From Nitrososphaeria archaeon (GTDB taxonomy: Archaea > Thermoproteota > Nitrososphaeria > JACIWG01): a stretch of 64,000 nucleotides of DNA. Both the position numbers and the translations under genes were made by a program. Below, one piece after another: positions 47,581 to 58,266 of the stretch. Each line of letters starts with the position of its first letter. Position 1 is the stretch's first letter. The stretch spans positions 96,001 to 160,000 of the forward strand of contig JBEKIG010000003.1 of assembly GCA_050011875.1 (NCBI GenBank), written 5' to 3'. Under the pieces are notes generated by a model that saw only the letters and a program-made list of their open reading frames with translations, had not been told where the DNA came from and did not search any database.

Positions 47581-49311
47581 ATGAATGACGATAAGGGGAT
47601 AGAAGAGGTGATTAAGGAGCTTATCTCCCTTTCTAAGAGAACTCCGCTACGAGGCGAGGATCAAGAAAGGGCCAAGGAACTTATGATACTCCTCAAAGAA
47701 CATGGTTACACAAATGGGCAGATAAGCAAACTCCTCGAAGGAAAATTAAGCGAGAGGACCATAAAATCTTATACAAAAAAAGTTACAGTTAAAGATTCAA
47801 GTTCAAAGGATGAAGCTATAAGTCTTCTGTCAAAGGCCGTTCAGGAGAACCTGACCCTTGAAGACATAGAACAAACCGTTGGCGTCATAGAGGATCTTAG
47901 AGCTAAAGGTTTAGGCGTAAGAGATGTAATAACCTTCCTCGAAGAAGTAAAAAGTTCCGGCATGGATACTAAAATAGTTCTTCATGCGTTCAGCAACCTT
48001 AAGCAGTCTGGGTTATCCGTCAAGCAGTTGTCTGAAACCTTGGGGTACATACAAAACCTTCAAAAACAGGGGTTCGCTTTAGTCGAACTCGAAAAACTTC
48101 TTAAGGCATGCGAAAACTATGGTGGATACAACCAAGTTTTGGATGCAATAACAGCATACCGTTCGGTTGAAGAAATGAAAGGAAAATATGAATGGCTGGT
48201 TTCCGAAATTACAAAGTTTGAAAATCAGAAAAGCGAATTAGGAACTGAAATAGATTGGCTCCAGAAGAAGGAAGCAGAAATAAAAGCCCCAATAGACCTC
48301 TATCAAAGACTATTGAAAATGGGATATGATATGCCTGTTCTAAAGAAGCTCGAGGAATCCACAGCCAAGTGGGGAACTCTAGAAAAAGTGCTTGAAGCCA
48401 CAAACTCCTACGCTACCTTACAGGACTTGAAAAGGGATATAGCGAATGAAGATTCTAAATTCAAAGAAAAACAGTTGGCCTATGCAAACCTTCAAACCGT
48501 CATTTCAATGTGCAGCGATCTCCTCTATAGGTACAAATACGATGTTCCATTCATAACAAATATTTATAGAATAGCTAAGCAGTACGGTGAACCCTCAGAA
48601 GTCTTGAGAGCTCTTGAAATGTATGGGGATAAAGCAACCATAGAAGACAAAATAAGCTTGTTGGAAAAAAGGAAAAATGAGCTTGAACCTGAAGTTAAAA
48701 GTCTAGAGGAAAAGGTTGTTGAAATAAAAGGTCAAGTGCCCGCGTTAGAGGAACAAAAGAAGGATATCCTAGAGCAGGTCGAGTTTGCAAATGCGATCGA
48801 GATTCTAATTAGAGACCCGAGAGGAATTGCAGAATACTTTCTGAAAACGCTTGCAAAGAGATTTAATGATGCACTGGAAAAAAGGGCAAAAGGGTTAACA
48901 TTCGCCTCCCAGGCTGACCTAATGATGGCCAAGCAAGAACTGATCAAAAGTATTATAGATACGGTCACAATGGATGCTCTACAAAAGGCGAAGTTAGCTG
49001 CAGAAGTTAGGAAATATGAAGCCGAAATTAAGAGGCTCAGTTCTGAGGTTAAGAAAAGAGATAATGCAGTCAAGGAAATTGATGAAAACCTGTTCTCAAG
49101 GCTTAGAGGTTTGTATGGTTTCCAAATTTCATGTCCGAAATGTTCCCAAGATAGTCTCCATCGTCCTGTGGCGGAAGATTGGGAAAGCCTCCTTCAAAAG
49201 GGATATCTCACATTTAAATGTGTCCCATGCGGAGAAACCTCAAATCTTACCCTTAATGACATTTACCTGAACGTACTCAAAAATGGTTTCTATAGTTTGA
49301 AGAGGTATTAG
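47581..49311 (+). CDS. 576-aa protein: N-terminal HTH, internal helical repeats with coiled coils, C-terminal Zn ribbon
   Basis: HTH segment GYTNGQISKLL...LSERTIKSY; three repeats of about 40 aa (..YG/WG..VL.A...Y); heptad stretches; CPKC...CVPC. No Walker A motif. Confidence 0.75.
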   Translation: MNDDKGIEEVIKELISLSKRTPLRGEDQERAKELMILLKEHGYTNGQISKLLEGKLSERTIKSYTKKVTVKDSSSKDEAISLLSKAVQENLTLEDIEQTVGVIEDLRAKGLGVRDVITFLEEVKSSGMDTKIVLHAFSNLKQSGLSVKQLSETLGYIQNLQKQGFALVELEKLLKACENYGGYNQVLDAITAYRSVEEMKGKYEWLVSEITKFENQKSELGTEIDWLQKKEAEIKAPIDLYQRLLKMGYDMPVLKKLEESTAKWGTLEKVLEATNSYATLQDLKRDIANEDSKFKEKQLAYANLQTVISMCSDLLYRYKYDVPFITNIYRIAKQYGEPSEVLRALEMYGDKATIEDKISLLEKRKNELEPEVKSLEEKVVEIKGQVPALEEQKKDILEQVEFANAIEILIRDPRGIAEYFLKTLAKRFNDALEKRAKGLTFASQADLMMAKQELIKSIIDTVTMDALQKAKLAAEVRKYEAEIKRLSSEVKKRDNAVKEIDENLFSRLRGLYGFQISCPKCSQDSLHRPVAEDWESLLQKGYLTFKCVPCGETSNLTLNDIYLNVLKNGFYSLKRY

Positions 49312-49418
49312 AAATCATCTGGTCGCAAGCGGTCCAAAAAACTATAATGTTAAAGAATTTATGTAAGGATTTTTATTGATATGTTTAAATCAAACTTATT
49401 CAAATTACAACATTAGAG

Positions 49419-49868
49419 TTGGTCTTTTTGGAAGACTTAATTATATCAAGTTCCGCATTCCAGAACAACGGACGTATACCTAAGAAATATACTTGTGATG
49501 GAGAGGACGTGAATCCTCCGCTTAAAATAGAAGGAGTACCAGAAAATGCTAAAAGTCTTGCGTTAATCGTGGACGATCCGGATGCGCCTATGGGAACCTG
49601 GGTTCACTGGGTTGTATGGGACATCTCCAATGTGTCGGAAATCAAGGAGAATAGTGTTCCAGGAATTGAAGGCGAAAACAGTTTTGGAAGACATAAATAT
49701 GGTGGACCATGTCCACCTTCAGGAACCCATAGATACTTCTTTAAAGTCTACGCTTTAGATACGTGGCTTAACATTCCTGCTAAATCAAAAAAGAAGGATG
49801 TAGAGGGATCTTTGGAAGGACATATTCTTGCAAAGGGGGAGATGATAGGGCTTTATAGCAGAAGCTAG
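49419..49868 (+). CDS. YbhB/YbcL PEBP (Raf kinase inhibitor-like) family
   Basis: YTCDG.DVNPPL, DDPDAP.GTWVHWVVW, YGGPCPPSGTHRYFF. Confidence 0.93.
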   Translation: MVFLEDLIISSSAFQNNGRIPKKYTCDGEDVNPPLKIEGVPENAKSLALIVDDPDAPMGTWVHWVVWDISNVSEIKENSVPGIEGENSFGRHKYGGPCPPSGTHRYFFKVYALDTWLNIPAKSKKKDVEGSLEGHILAKGEMIGLYSRS

Positions 49869-49993
49869 TATCTTTGTCAATGTAAAGAATTCAATCCTAC
49901 AATGTCTTAGGATAAGTTCTATTTATTGCCACAGCTAATAGAAGTACAGGTTAGTTTCTGCAACATATTTAACTTGACTTAATGTTACATACT

Positions 49994-50203
49994 CTATTCT
50001 TTTGCGAGGATTACTTCCGTTGATTTTATTATTACCTTTACTTTATCTCCCTTCTTTATCTTAAGGTCTTCAACTGCTTCTTTGGTAATAACAGATGTAA
50101 CTGTAGCAGGAACTTCAATCTTCACCTTTACCTTTGCGGTGATTACACCTATTTCAACATCTTCTACTTTTCCCTCAAACTGGTTTCTTGCGCTTAATTT
50201 CAA
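49994..50203 (-). CDS. Molybdate/tungstate-binding TOBE (Mop) protein
   Basis: MKLSARNQFEGKV, SVIT.EAVEDL, IKSTEV. Confidence 0.92.
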   Translation of the reverse strand: MKLSARNQFEGKVEDVEIGVITAKVKVKIEVPATVTSVITKEAVEDLKIKKGDKVKVIIKSTEVILAKE

Positions 50204-50293
50204 TTATATCGCCAATTATTTATTGAAGTTAAGGCATATAAAAGCGTTTATACAATTATCAATTTTTAAATAGAGCTTCCTGCAATGTTATAG

Positions 50294-50638
50294 ATGATTT
50301 GTATGGATTTAGCGAAACAAAAGTGTGTACCGTGCGAAGGTGGGACACCACCCATGTCGAGGGCTGAAGCAGAGAAATATATTCCAGAAATTCCAGGTTG
50401 GATATTGTATGATGATCACATAGAGAAAGAATATAAATTCAGCAGTTATCTAGATGGTCTAGAGTTTACATATAGGCTCGGCAAAACTGCCGAAGAACAG
50501 GATCATCACCCCGATATCCTAATTAGGTGGAAGCGTGTTAAGGTCACTTTGACGACGCACGCTATCAAGGGTTTGAGTGCCAATGATTTTATTATGGCCG
50601 CGAAAGCTGAGAAAATCTTTAGTGGGAAAGATGTGTAA
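50294..50638 (+). CDS. phhB: Pterin-4a-carbinolamine dehydratase
   Basis: CVPCEGG, AEEQDHHPD, TTHAIKGLS.NDFIMAAK. Confidence 0.92.
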   Translation: MICMDLAKQKCVPCEGGTPPMSRAEAEKYIPEIPGWILYDDHIEKEYKFSSYLDGLEFTYRLGKTAEEQDHHPDILIRWKRVKVTLTTHAIKGLSANDFIMAAKAEKIFSGKDV

Positions 50639-50720
50639 CTAACCCTTTTCCATGCCAGCGCTTCAAACTTTTTAGGGAAATAACCTTCTAGAGTCCTTTA
50701 GGATATTAAAAAAGGATGAG

Positions 50721-51293
50721 TCACCAGTTCTCTGCTAGCACTTCGTAGAATGCCTGTGGATGTTTGCATGCGGGGCATACCTTCGGAGCTTCCGTACCTA
50801 CGTAGGTGTACCCACAATTTCTACAGTGCCAGATTACCGGTTTTTCCCTTTTAAAGAATGAACCTGATTGCACAATTTTCAATAGCGCTCTGTATCGCCT
50901 TTCATGAAACTGCTCCACTTCAGCGACTTCCGTAAACGATTTTGCTACATTCAGAAAGCCTTCTTCCTGCGCAATCTTGGAAAACGAAGGATACAAAGTG
51001 CCCCACTCCAATTTTTCACCTTCAGCCGCTGCCAGTAGGTTATCGGCGACCCTACCTAAAACTCCTGCAGGATAAGATGCCGTGATTTCTACTGCACCGC
51101 CCTGTAGAAAGCTGAAGAATATTTTGGCGTGCTCCTTCTCGTTGTCCGCGGTTTCCAAGAAGATTGCGGAAACCTGTTCAAGACCCTCACTGCGAGCAGC
51201 GCTCGCAAAGTAGGTGTAACGGTTTCTTGCTTGAGACTCTCCAGCAAATGCCGCTAGGAGATTCTTTTCTGTTCTGCTCCCTTTAAATTCCAT
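50721..51293 (-). CDS. rbr: Rubrerythrin
   Basis: AFAGESQARNRY, EKEHA, EQFHE, CRNCGY...CPACKHP. Confidence 0.96.
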   Translation of the reverse strand: MEFKGSRTEKNLLAAFAGESQARNRYTYFASAARSEGLEQVSAIFLETADNEKEHAKIFFSFLQGGAVEITASYPAGVLGRVADNLLAAAEGEKLEWGTLYPSFSKIAQEEGFLNVAKSFTEVAEVEQFHERRYRALLKIVQSGSFFKREKPVIWHCRNCGYTYVGTEAPKVCPACKHPQAFYEVLAENW

Positions 51294-51369
51294 ATTCTTT
51301 TCCTCTGCTCGGAGCCTATTCTATTTTAATTATATTAATTTTTTGTAATTAAGGCGTTTATACGGTTCA

Positions 51370-51948
51370 TCATGGATTCCCGTCTATCATCATCATCTGT
51401 AGCGCTTCTTCTCTTTTCGCCTGTGAAGTTTCAAAAATTCCTCTGGCTGTGCTTGAGACCGTTTCCACATTGGGCATGGTAACTCCCCTCATTTCAAGAC
51501 AAAGGTGTCTAGCCTTTACTAACACGAAAACGCCTTTTGCATTCAACTTTGTAAGTAGATAGTCTGCTATCTGCTCGGAGAAATTTTCCTGCACCTGCAA
51601 CCTCAGCGAAAAGAACTTGACCACCCTAGGAATCTTTGATAGCCCCACAATCTTTTCCCCTGGTATGTACGCTACCGAGACATCACCAAAGATGGGTAAC
51701 ATGTGATGGGCGCAAACGGAGTAGAAAGGTATCTTTTTTACCGCGATTATATCATTGTATCCCGTGTTACTGAATAAAGTCATCTTCGGCTCATTCCTTT
51801 CATCCATACCCGAAAAAAGTTCTAGGTACATCTTAGCAACCCGTCTCGGTGTATTTCTGTAGGTCTCAGACCCCTTTTCTACGCCGATTTCATCCAATAT
51901 GGTTCTAACAGCCTGCTCTAACCTGTCTTCGCTCGAGCAGGGTTTCAT
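51370..51948 (-). CDS. folE: GTP cyclohydrolase I (FolE, type IA)
   Basis: TPRRVA, SVCAHHMLP, GLSKIPR, QVQE, HLCLEMRGV. Confidence 0.93.
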   Translation of the reverse strand: MKPCSSEDRLEQAVRTILDEIGVEKGSETYRNTPRRVAKMYLELFSGMDERNEPKMTLFSNTGYNDIIAVKKIPFYSVCAHHMLPIFGDVSVAYIPGEKIVGLSKIPRVVKFFSLRLQVQENFSEQIADYLLTKLNAKGVFVLVKARHLCLEMRGVTMPNVETVSSTARGIFETSQAKREEALQMMMIDGNP

Positions 51949-52305
51949 CTACTCCCAGTACTCCGCGTAATTCTTCAGGGATTCCCAGACTCTGACCTTC
52001 TCCAAGTTGTTTACATCAGCCTTCTTCAGTTCTCTGAATATCGTCTTTGCAATGTTCTCAGAAGTTGTGTCGTTTCCCATGACATCATTTAGGTGCTTAT
52101 GGTCGTATTTATCAACTATGATTCTGAGAGCTTGTTTTAAATCAATAAAATCGGCGCCTACAAGTATTCCGTTACCATCAAGCTGATTTCCTATAATGAA
52201 AACCTCAACCTTATATGAATGACCATGCAGGTTCCTACACTTACCTGGATGACCGGGAATTATGTGCGAAGCATCAAAGCTATCCTCAACCCTTACTCTG
52301 AACAT
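51949..52305 (-). CDS. queD: 6-pyruvoyl/6-carboxy-tetrahydropterin synthase
   Basis: FDASH, CRNLHGHSY, DF, DHKHLN, TSENIA, VWES. Confidence 0.9.
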   Translation of the reverse strand: MFRVRVEDSFDASHIIPGHPGKCRNLHGHSYKVEVFIIGNQLDGNGILVGADFIDLKQALRIIVDKYDHKHLNDVMGNDTTSENIAKTIFRELKKADVNNLEKVRVWESLKNYAEYWE

Positions 52306-52415
52306 AAAGATGTTAACAAATCAGTAATATTTATATTTACAAATGCAAGTGAATTTTAATAAAAAATAATCACTTAAACGACATCGTGTACCTTTTTTGA
52401 TTCTTAAGAAACAAG

Positions 52416-52832
52416 TTACATATACTTGCTTATCTTCTTTGCGACATGATCTAATTCTTCGTGACTTTGTCCCTGAATTCTTTGAGTCTGACGGAACATC
52501 TGCTCTCCAGATCTAGGAATTATGTGTACGTGTAAATGGGGTACGCGCTGGCCTGCGGCAATTCCGTTTCTTTGGGTTATCACAATTCCTTCTGCGTTAA
52601 TTCCTTTCTTTACAGCGATCGCAACCCTTTTGACTATTTTGAACAAAATTGCAATCTCTTCGTCGGAAATGTCAAAAATAGTTTCTATGTGCTTTTTAGG
52701 GATAACGAGTGTATGCCCTTCACTTATGGGGTTTATGTCTAGGAAAGCTATCGCAAATTCATCCTCGTAAATCCAATTGGCTGGCTCTTCTTTCTTAACC
52801 AATTTACAAAATGTGCAGGTACTATTTGACAT
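52416..52832 (-). CDS. HIT family nucleotide hydrolase
   Basis: CTFC, GHTLVIPKKH, AGQ.VPHLHVHIIPR. Confidence 0.95.
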   Translation of the reverse strand: MSNSTCTFCKLVKKEEPANWIYEDEFAIAFLDINPISEGHTLVIPKKHIETIFDISDEEIAILFKIVKRVAIAVKKGINAEGIVITQRNGIAAGQRVPHLHVHIIPRSGEQMFRQTQRIQGQSHEELDHVAKKISKYM

Positions 52833-53049
52833 AATTTCACCTTATTGTCTATGATGTGAAGCTGTATTTGACTTTTTTTCTTTGGAGAGAATCGGTAGTT
52901 ATTTATTGGAGCGATATCGATTTATCATCCAGTTCCTAGAAAGGAAAATGAGGAGACTTCTAAAACATTTCGACATCAATGTGAATACATAGAGTTAAAC
53001 TTTTAAGAAAATAAATAAAAATTATATATCACTATATAAAAGATAATTT

Positions 53050-53193
53050 ATGTCAAAGGATTTGGTCTGTGGTATGGAAGTTGACGAAAAGACATCTAAG
53101 TTGAAGTCCAAATATAAGGATAAAACATATTATTTCTGTTCATCGGCGTGCAAACTGAAATTTGATAAAAGCCCAGAAAGGTATGTTAGATAA
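53050..53193 (+). CDS. YHS/TRASH domain protein, 47 aa (missing from the ORF track)
   Basis: MSKDLVCGMEVD...YKDKTYYFCSSACKLKFDKSPERYVR*. Confidence 0.9.
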   Translation: MSKDLVCGMEVDEKTSKLKSKYKDKTYYFCSSACKLKFDKSPERYVR

Positions 53194-53272
53194 GATATTA
53201 AAGGCAAATTTTATAGAAAAATGCGTAAAGAAAGTTGATTTGGATATAATTCTTATATATCTTATATAAAAG

Positions 53273-53968
53273 TTGTTTACTATGGAAATAGTCGATAAGA
53301 TTCCCATTGAACTGGACGCGGGGGAGATAATTAGAACTCAAAAGTTGGGCAAGGTGAGGGAGGCCGAAGTCAATGCTCTCGTCGAAAGAGCAGCCCCACT
53401 TATTGAACCTAGAGCCGTCTATTCTTTAAAAGAAGTTACAAGGGTAGGAGATGATGAAGTTCAGCTAGAAGGGGGACACACCTTCAAAAGCCAAGTACTT
53501 GCAGATAATTTAAAACAAGGGCAGACTGTTGCCGTGTATGCTGTGACGATCGGGCCAAAACTTGAAAAAAATGCTTCTGAAGTAGCTAAAAACAGCATTC
53601 TCCAATCGTTCGTTTTTGAAAAGATCGCTGACTTTGCTGTATCGAAAGCGCGGGACTATTTGAAAGGTTTGATTGAGAGCGAGCTCGGTGGGAAGGTATC
53701 AAGCTTTGGGCCGGGAACGGGTACGGGAATCCTTTTCGATATAAAACAACAAAAGGTTCTCTTCAAGATACTTGATCCTATGAAGAGCATAGGTGTACAG
53801 CTTTCTCCTAGCTATTTAATGATACCGAGGAAGTCGGTTTCAGGGGTTTTTGCGTTAACAGAAGAGGAATATGTCGCGTGCCAGTACTGCCCTAAAAAGT
53901 GCGATGGTAGGAGGACGGCGTTTATCGGGCAGTATCGAAGCGTCAATTGTGAACATAGTCGGTCCTAG
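53273..53968 (+). CDS. Stand-alone methionine synthase reactivation-domain-like protein with a Cys-rich tail
   Basis: YAVTIG..LE, SFGPG, W/F.I.QQ..LF, IGV.L..SYLM.PRKSVSG, CQYCPKKC. Confidence 0.8.
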   Translation: MFTMEIVDKIPIELDAGEIIRTQKLGKVREAEVNALVERAAPLIEPRAVYSLKEVTRVGDDEVQLEGGHTFKSQVLADNLKQGQTVAVYAVTIGPKLEKNASEVAKNSILQSFVFEKIADFAVSKARDYLKGLIESELGGKVSSFGPGTGTGILFDIKQQKVLFKILDPMKSIGVQLSPSYLMIPRKSVSGVFALTEEEYVACQYCPKKCDGRRTAFIGQYRSVNCEHSRS

Positions 53969-55002
53969 AAGTATTTTTTGAGCCTTTGAGCCATGTCTTC
54001 AGGAGTATCGTACGATTCGCCTTCCATCATTATCGTTTGAAGCCCCCAAAGGTCGCTGACAAAGGGTTCTTTGTATCCCGCACGTCCCACAATTCTTAAA
54101 CCCAGACGGAAGTAATTATCCGAATCTTCACCTAGGGGTCCTGAATATAACAGCATGTTAAAATTTGATAGCCCTTCGTCCTGATAGAAGCTAAGAACGT
54201 TTGACACCCCTTTTGTGAACGTTTCAAAGTCTTCTTTGTTCAGGTCCAGAAGACTTGAACGCTTCCTGCTTACAGACCAAACCTCATATGTATTTGAAGG
54301 GGCGAAAGGAGTGAACCAAGCAGTTTCACCAACAGCCCCAATATAGCGTTCGCTTTTTTCTTCTTCTTTGATCAAATCTAACCAAAAGTTATTTTTGTAA
54401 CGCGAATAGTATTCTTGACTTTTTCCCAATAGTTCCCGTAGCAAATTAAACGATAGGTCACTCACGACGATCTGTATGTGAGGGTGAATAACCGTAGAAC
54501 CTGATAATGGCAGATAATTTTCGATGAAACAGGCGTAGAATGTTCTATCGTACGTGAGGGAAAGCCTTTTGATATACTCCTGTCCGGCTTTGAAAGCGTT
54601 GCTCATCTTTTCTGGCGCAAGCTCTTTAGGTTGGAGGTAGTGTTCCTTACTTAGGACAACTATCGCGTTGTTTTCCATATGGGCAAACAGGCCAGGAAAA
54701 AGTACTGCATCGCCGACCTGTATCTTCCCCTCTTCAATGATTTCAGGTTGGAATTTCGGTGTTGACAGCTCAAGTTTTTCTGGACAGAAAGGGCAGCTCG
54801 CCCTCGTTTTTTCAGCGACTTCAGCGATTTCACGTAAATCTGATTCGAAAAGCTTTTTGACATATTGAAACCTACCTCTGGTTATTACGGTGCTGCGGCC
54901 TGTGAGTGGGTCATATCTATGTTCTACGACCTGCTCTTCAGATTCAAAGTTCTTCAGTGGTGAACGAAATTTTGCATATCTAATTTCATTTCTAAACTCC
55001 AA
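53965..55002 (-). CDS. galT: Galactose-1-phosphate uridylyltransferase-like protein
   Basis: R.DPLTG, CPFCP, GST..HPHIQ, PFAP. Confidence 0.75.
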   Translation of the reverse strand: MEFRNEIRYAKFRSPLKNFESEEQVVEHRYDPLTGRSTVITRGRFQYVKKLFESDLREIAEVAEKTRASCPFCPEKLELSTPKFQPEIIEEGKIQVGDAVLFPGLFAHMENNAIVVLSKEHYLQPKELAPEKMSNAFKAGQEYIKRLSLTYDRTFYACFIENYLPLSGSTVIHPHIQIVVSDLSFNLLRELLGKSQEYYSRYKNNFWLDLIKEEEKSERYIGAVGETAWFTPFAPSNTYEVWSVSRKRSSLLDLNKEDFETFTKGVSNVLSFYQDEGLSNFNMLLYSGPLGEDSDNYFRLGLRIVGRAGYKEPFVSDLWGLQTIMMEGESYDTPEDMAQRLKKYF

Positions 55003-55217
55003 ACATATCAGATAAAAGCATTGTATCTTATCTCATATAAAAGTGTAGCTTCAGATGAGAGAGAGATAACTGTTCAGCTTTTAGATTTCCAGCTCACATT
55101 TTTTAACTATTGATATCGCTTCCCCAAGCCTTCAGGACTGGGCTCTTGCCGCTGCCCCCGCAGACGTAATTTTTTCAGCCGTAGAAATACTAAAATTGCA
55201 ATAGGGTAGGGTCAAAG

Positions 55218-56468
55218 CTACTTCTGATATTTTTCTATCGCTTCTAGAGCTGCAAGCTTTTTACCCATCAGCGCTTCAAGGAGCGCGCCACCGCCGGAAC
55301 TCACGTAAGAAATCTTGTTGTAGAGACCTAACCTACTTAGTGCCGCTATCGTGTGACCTCCACCCGCAACGGTAAAAGCGTTTGAGGCAATTGCTGATTC
55401 GAATATCGCTTTGGTTCCTTTAATGAATTCGTCGTTTTCGTAAACACCCATAGGTCCGTGCATCAAAATAGCCTTAGCACCACGTAATATGTTCTGATAA
55501 ATTGCAATCGTCTTCTCTCCAATATCAGATATTTCGTATTTGTTTGGAAGGTTGATCATTTGTATCTCCACTCTTCTTCCGTTAGCATTGACAGCAAAGT
55601 CGATTGGCACAGATATTTTGTCACCATATTTATCGAGGATACTTTTGGCTCTTGGAACCATTTCTAATAGACCTTTATCGGAAAGGGTCTTCTTGTTCGA
55701 CGGCCCTATGTCAAGACCTTTGGCAGCGAGAAAGAGCTGTGATACAAGGCCACCTGTTATTATGTGGTCAGCACGATCATTCGATAGCACGTAATCGATT
55801 ATTTCAACCCCTTCTTTGACCTTAGAACCTCCCAGAATGTAGACGATAGGTCTGTTGTCTACAGAGCGTATTCTTTCAAGGGCTTTAATTTCCCTTTCCA
55901 TAATTCTGCCCAAAACAGTGGGCATCACAACTGTGAAACCGACAATTGAGACATGTGACCTGTGTGCGGCTGCAAAAGCGTCTATAACGAACACGTCAGC
56001 TAGTGGAGCTAAAGTTCGAACCAGCAAAGATTTCGACTGTTCTTCTATGGCCTTTTTTTCGGTTTCTTCAGATAGGCTGCGCACATTTTCAAGAACCAAA
56101 ATCTCACCCGGCTTTAGAGCTTTTACCGCGTTAACCGCCTTCTCTCCTACGACTTCATTAACGTATATCACCTTCTCTTTCAATATCTCTGACAGACGCT
56201 GAGCGTGTTGCTTTAACGTCGTGTAATCCGGATCTCCGAGTCTACCTTGATGTGCAAGTACAACAACTTTAGCCCCTTTGTCAGCAAGTTCTTTGATCGT
56301 TATCGAATGAAGTCTTATCCGTTCATCGTCCAAGAGCTTCTTAGTAGAAGGGTCTACGGTTGAATTAAAATCAACTCTTACGATAGCGGTCTTATTCTTG
56401 AAATCGAAATCGTCCATCGTCTTATACATGTCTCTCAGTCCCGAAAATCCATGATCCTTTTTATTCAA
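55218..56468 (-). CDS. pgk: Phosphoglycerate kinase (archaeal type)
   Basis: VRVDFNS, LAHQGR.G, LENVR, DAFAAAHR, GGSKV, GPMGVYE, GGGHT, SSGGGA. Confidence 0.96.
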   Translation of the reverse strand: MNKKDHGFSGLRDMYKTMDDFDFKNKTAIVRVDFNSTVDPSTKKLLDDERIRLHSITIKELADKGAKVVVLAHQGRLGDPDYTTLKQHAQRLSEILKEKVIYVNEVVGEKAVNAVKALKPGEILVLENVRSLSEETEKKAIEEQSKSLLVRTLAPLADVFVIDAFAAAHRSHVSIVGFTVVMPTVLGRIMEREIKALERIRSVDNRPIVYILGGSKVKEGVEIIDYVLSNDRADHIITGGLVSQLFLAAKGLDIGPSNKKTLSDKGLLEMVPRAKSILDKYGDKISVPIDFAVNANGRRVEIQMINLPNKYEISDIGEKTIAIYQNILRGAKAILMHGPMGVYENDEFIKGTKAIFESAIASNAFTVAGGGHTIAALSRLGLYNKISYVSSGGGALLEALMGKKLAALEAIEKYQK

Positions 56469-56474
56469 AAGAAA

Positions 56475-57500
<1,026 letters not shown>

Positions 57501-57579
57501 TTATCGAATGCAGGTAAAATATTGCCCATATAAAAGAATTAACTATTTCTAGCAACTGAGGTAAATAATATAGATTTAT

Positions 57580-58266
57580 ATGATTCCGGTGGGAAGATTA
57601 TGCGTGCTCTTTAAGGTAAAGTCATTGGAGGAATTGGCGAAGCTGGTCGTAGCCTCAAAGTCAACTGAAATCATGCAGTTCTATGGGGGAATATTCGTTT
57701 CAGGAACAGATAAAATGAAATACTATTTCACATTCGGCGACCCTGAGGAGATAAGCGAATTTATGGACGTCTATTTCACAGAGGGAGAAGAAATGGGGGG
57801 AAAGTTCTTGAAGTTTCCCGTTGCAGGCGGTGATGGCAAGATCGCTCCCGCGCAGGGGATAGAAGGTTCGGACGTCTTCATTCCCTTTATATATGTTGAC
57901 GATAAGGTGGACTATAGGGATTTCCCCAAAGCTTCACCGCTCCTTGTGAAAACCAAGAGCTTTGAAGACCTTCTAAGATCGGCTCTTGGTTGGCCAACAG
58001 TAAGAGGTACCTTCCTGCTATACACTTGGAAACATGACGGTAGTAATGTCTACACTCTGAAGCTCACACAAAGAATTTTTGATAAATGCAGAAGAATATA
58101 TTTTACCTATCTCACTGACAAAGAATTTTCAGGGAATTTCATAAAATATAGGGTTACAAACATCGAAGAATGGAAGGCGTGCAAAGACATTATCGAGCCA
58201 AAGTGGGTCTATTTTCCGATTATTAGAATGGAAGAAGGCTTTAATGAGCTCTCCAAAATTCTTTAG
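57580..58266 (+). CDS. Hypothetical protein with two internal repeats of about 105 aa
   Basis: KVKSLEELAK...GKFLKF...FIPFIYV matches KTKSFEDLLR...GNFIKY...YFPIIRM. Confidence 0.65.
   Translation: MIPVGRLCVLFKVKSLEELAKLVVASKSTEIMQFYGGIFVSGTDKMKYYFTFGDPEEISEFMDVYFTEGEEMGGKFLKFPVAGGDGKIAPAQGIEGSDVFIPFIYVDDKVDYRDFPKASPLLVKTKSFEDLLRSALGWPTVRGTFLLYTWKHDGSNVYTLKLTQRIFDKCRRIYFTYLTDKEFSGNFIKYRVTNIEEWKACKDIIEPKWVYFPIIRMEEGFNELSKIL

Noticed and set aside
55105-55165. GC-rich intergenic stretch whose minus strand begins GCGGGGGCAGCGG, like a tRNA-Leu 5' end
   Set aside because: There is no T-arm (TTCRA) or acceptor-stem partner. It could be a gene fragment or a small RNA, but neither is supported.
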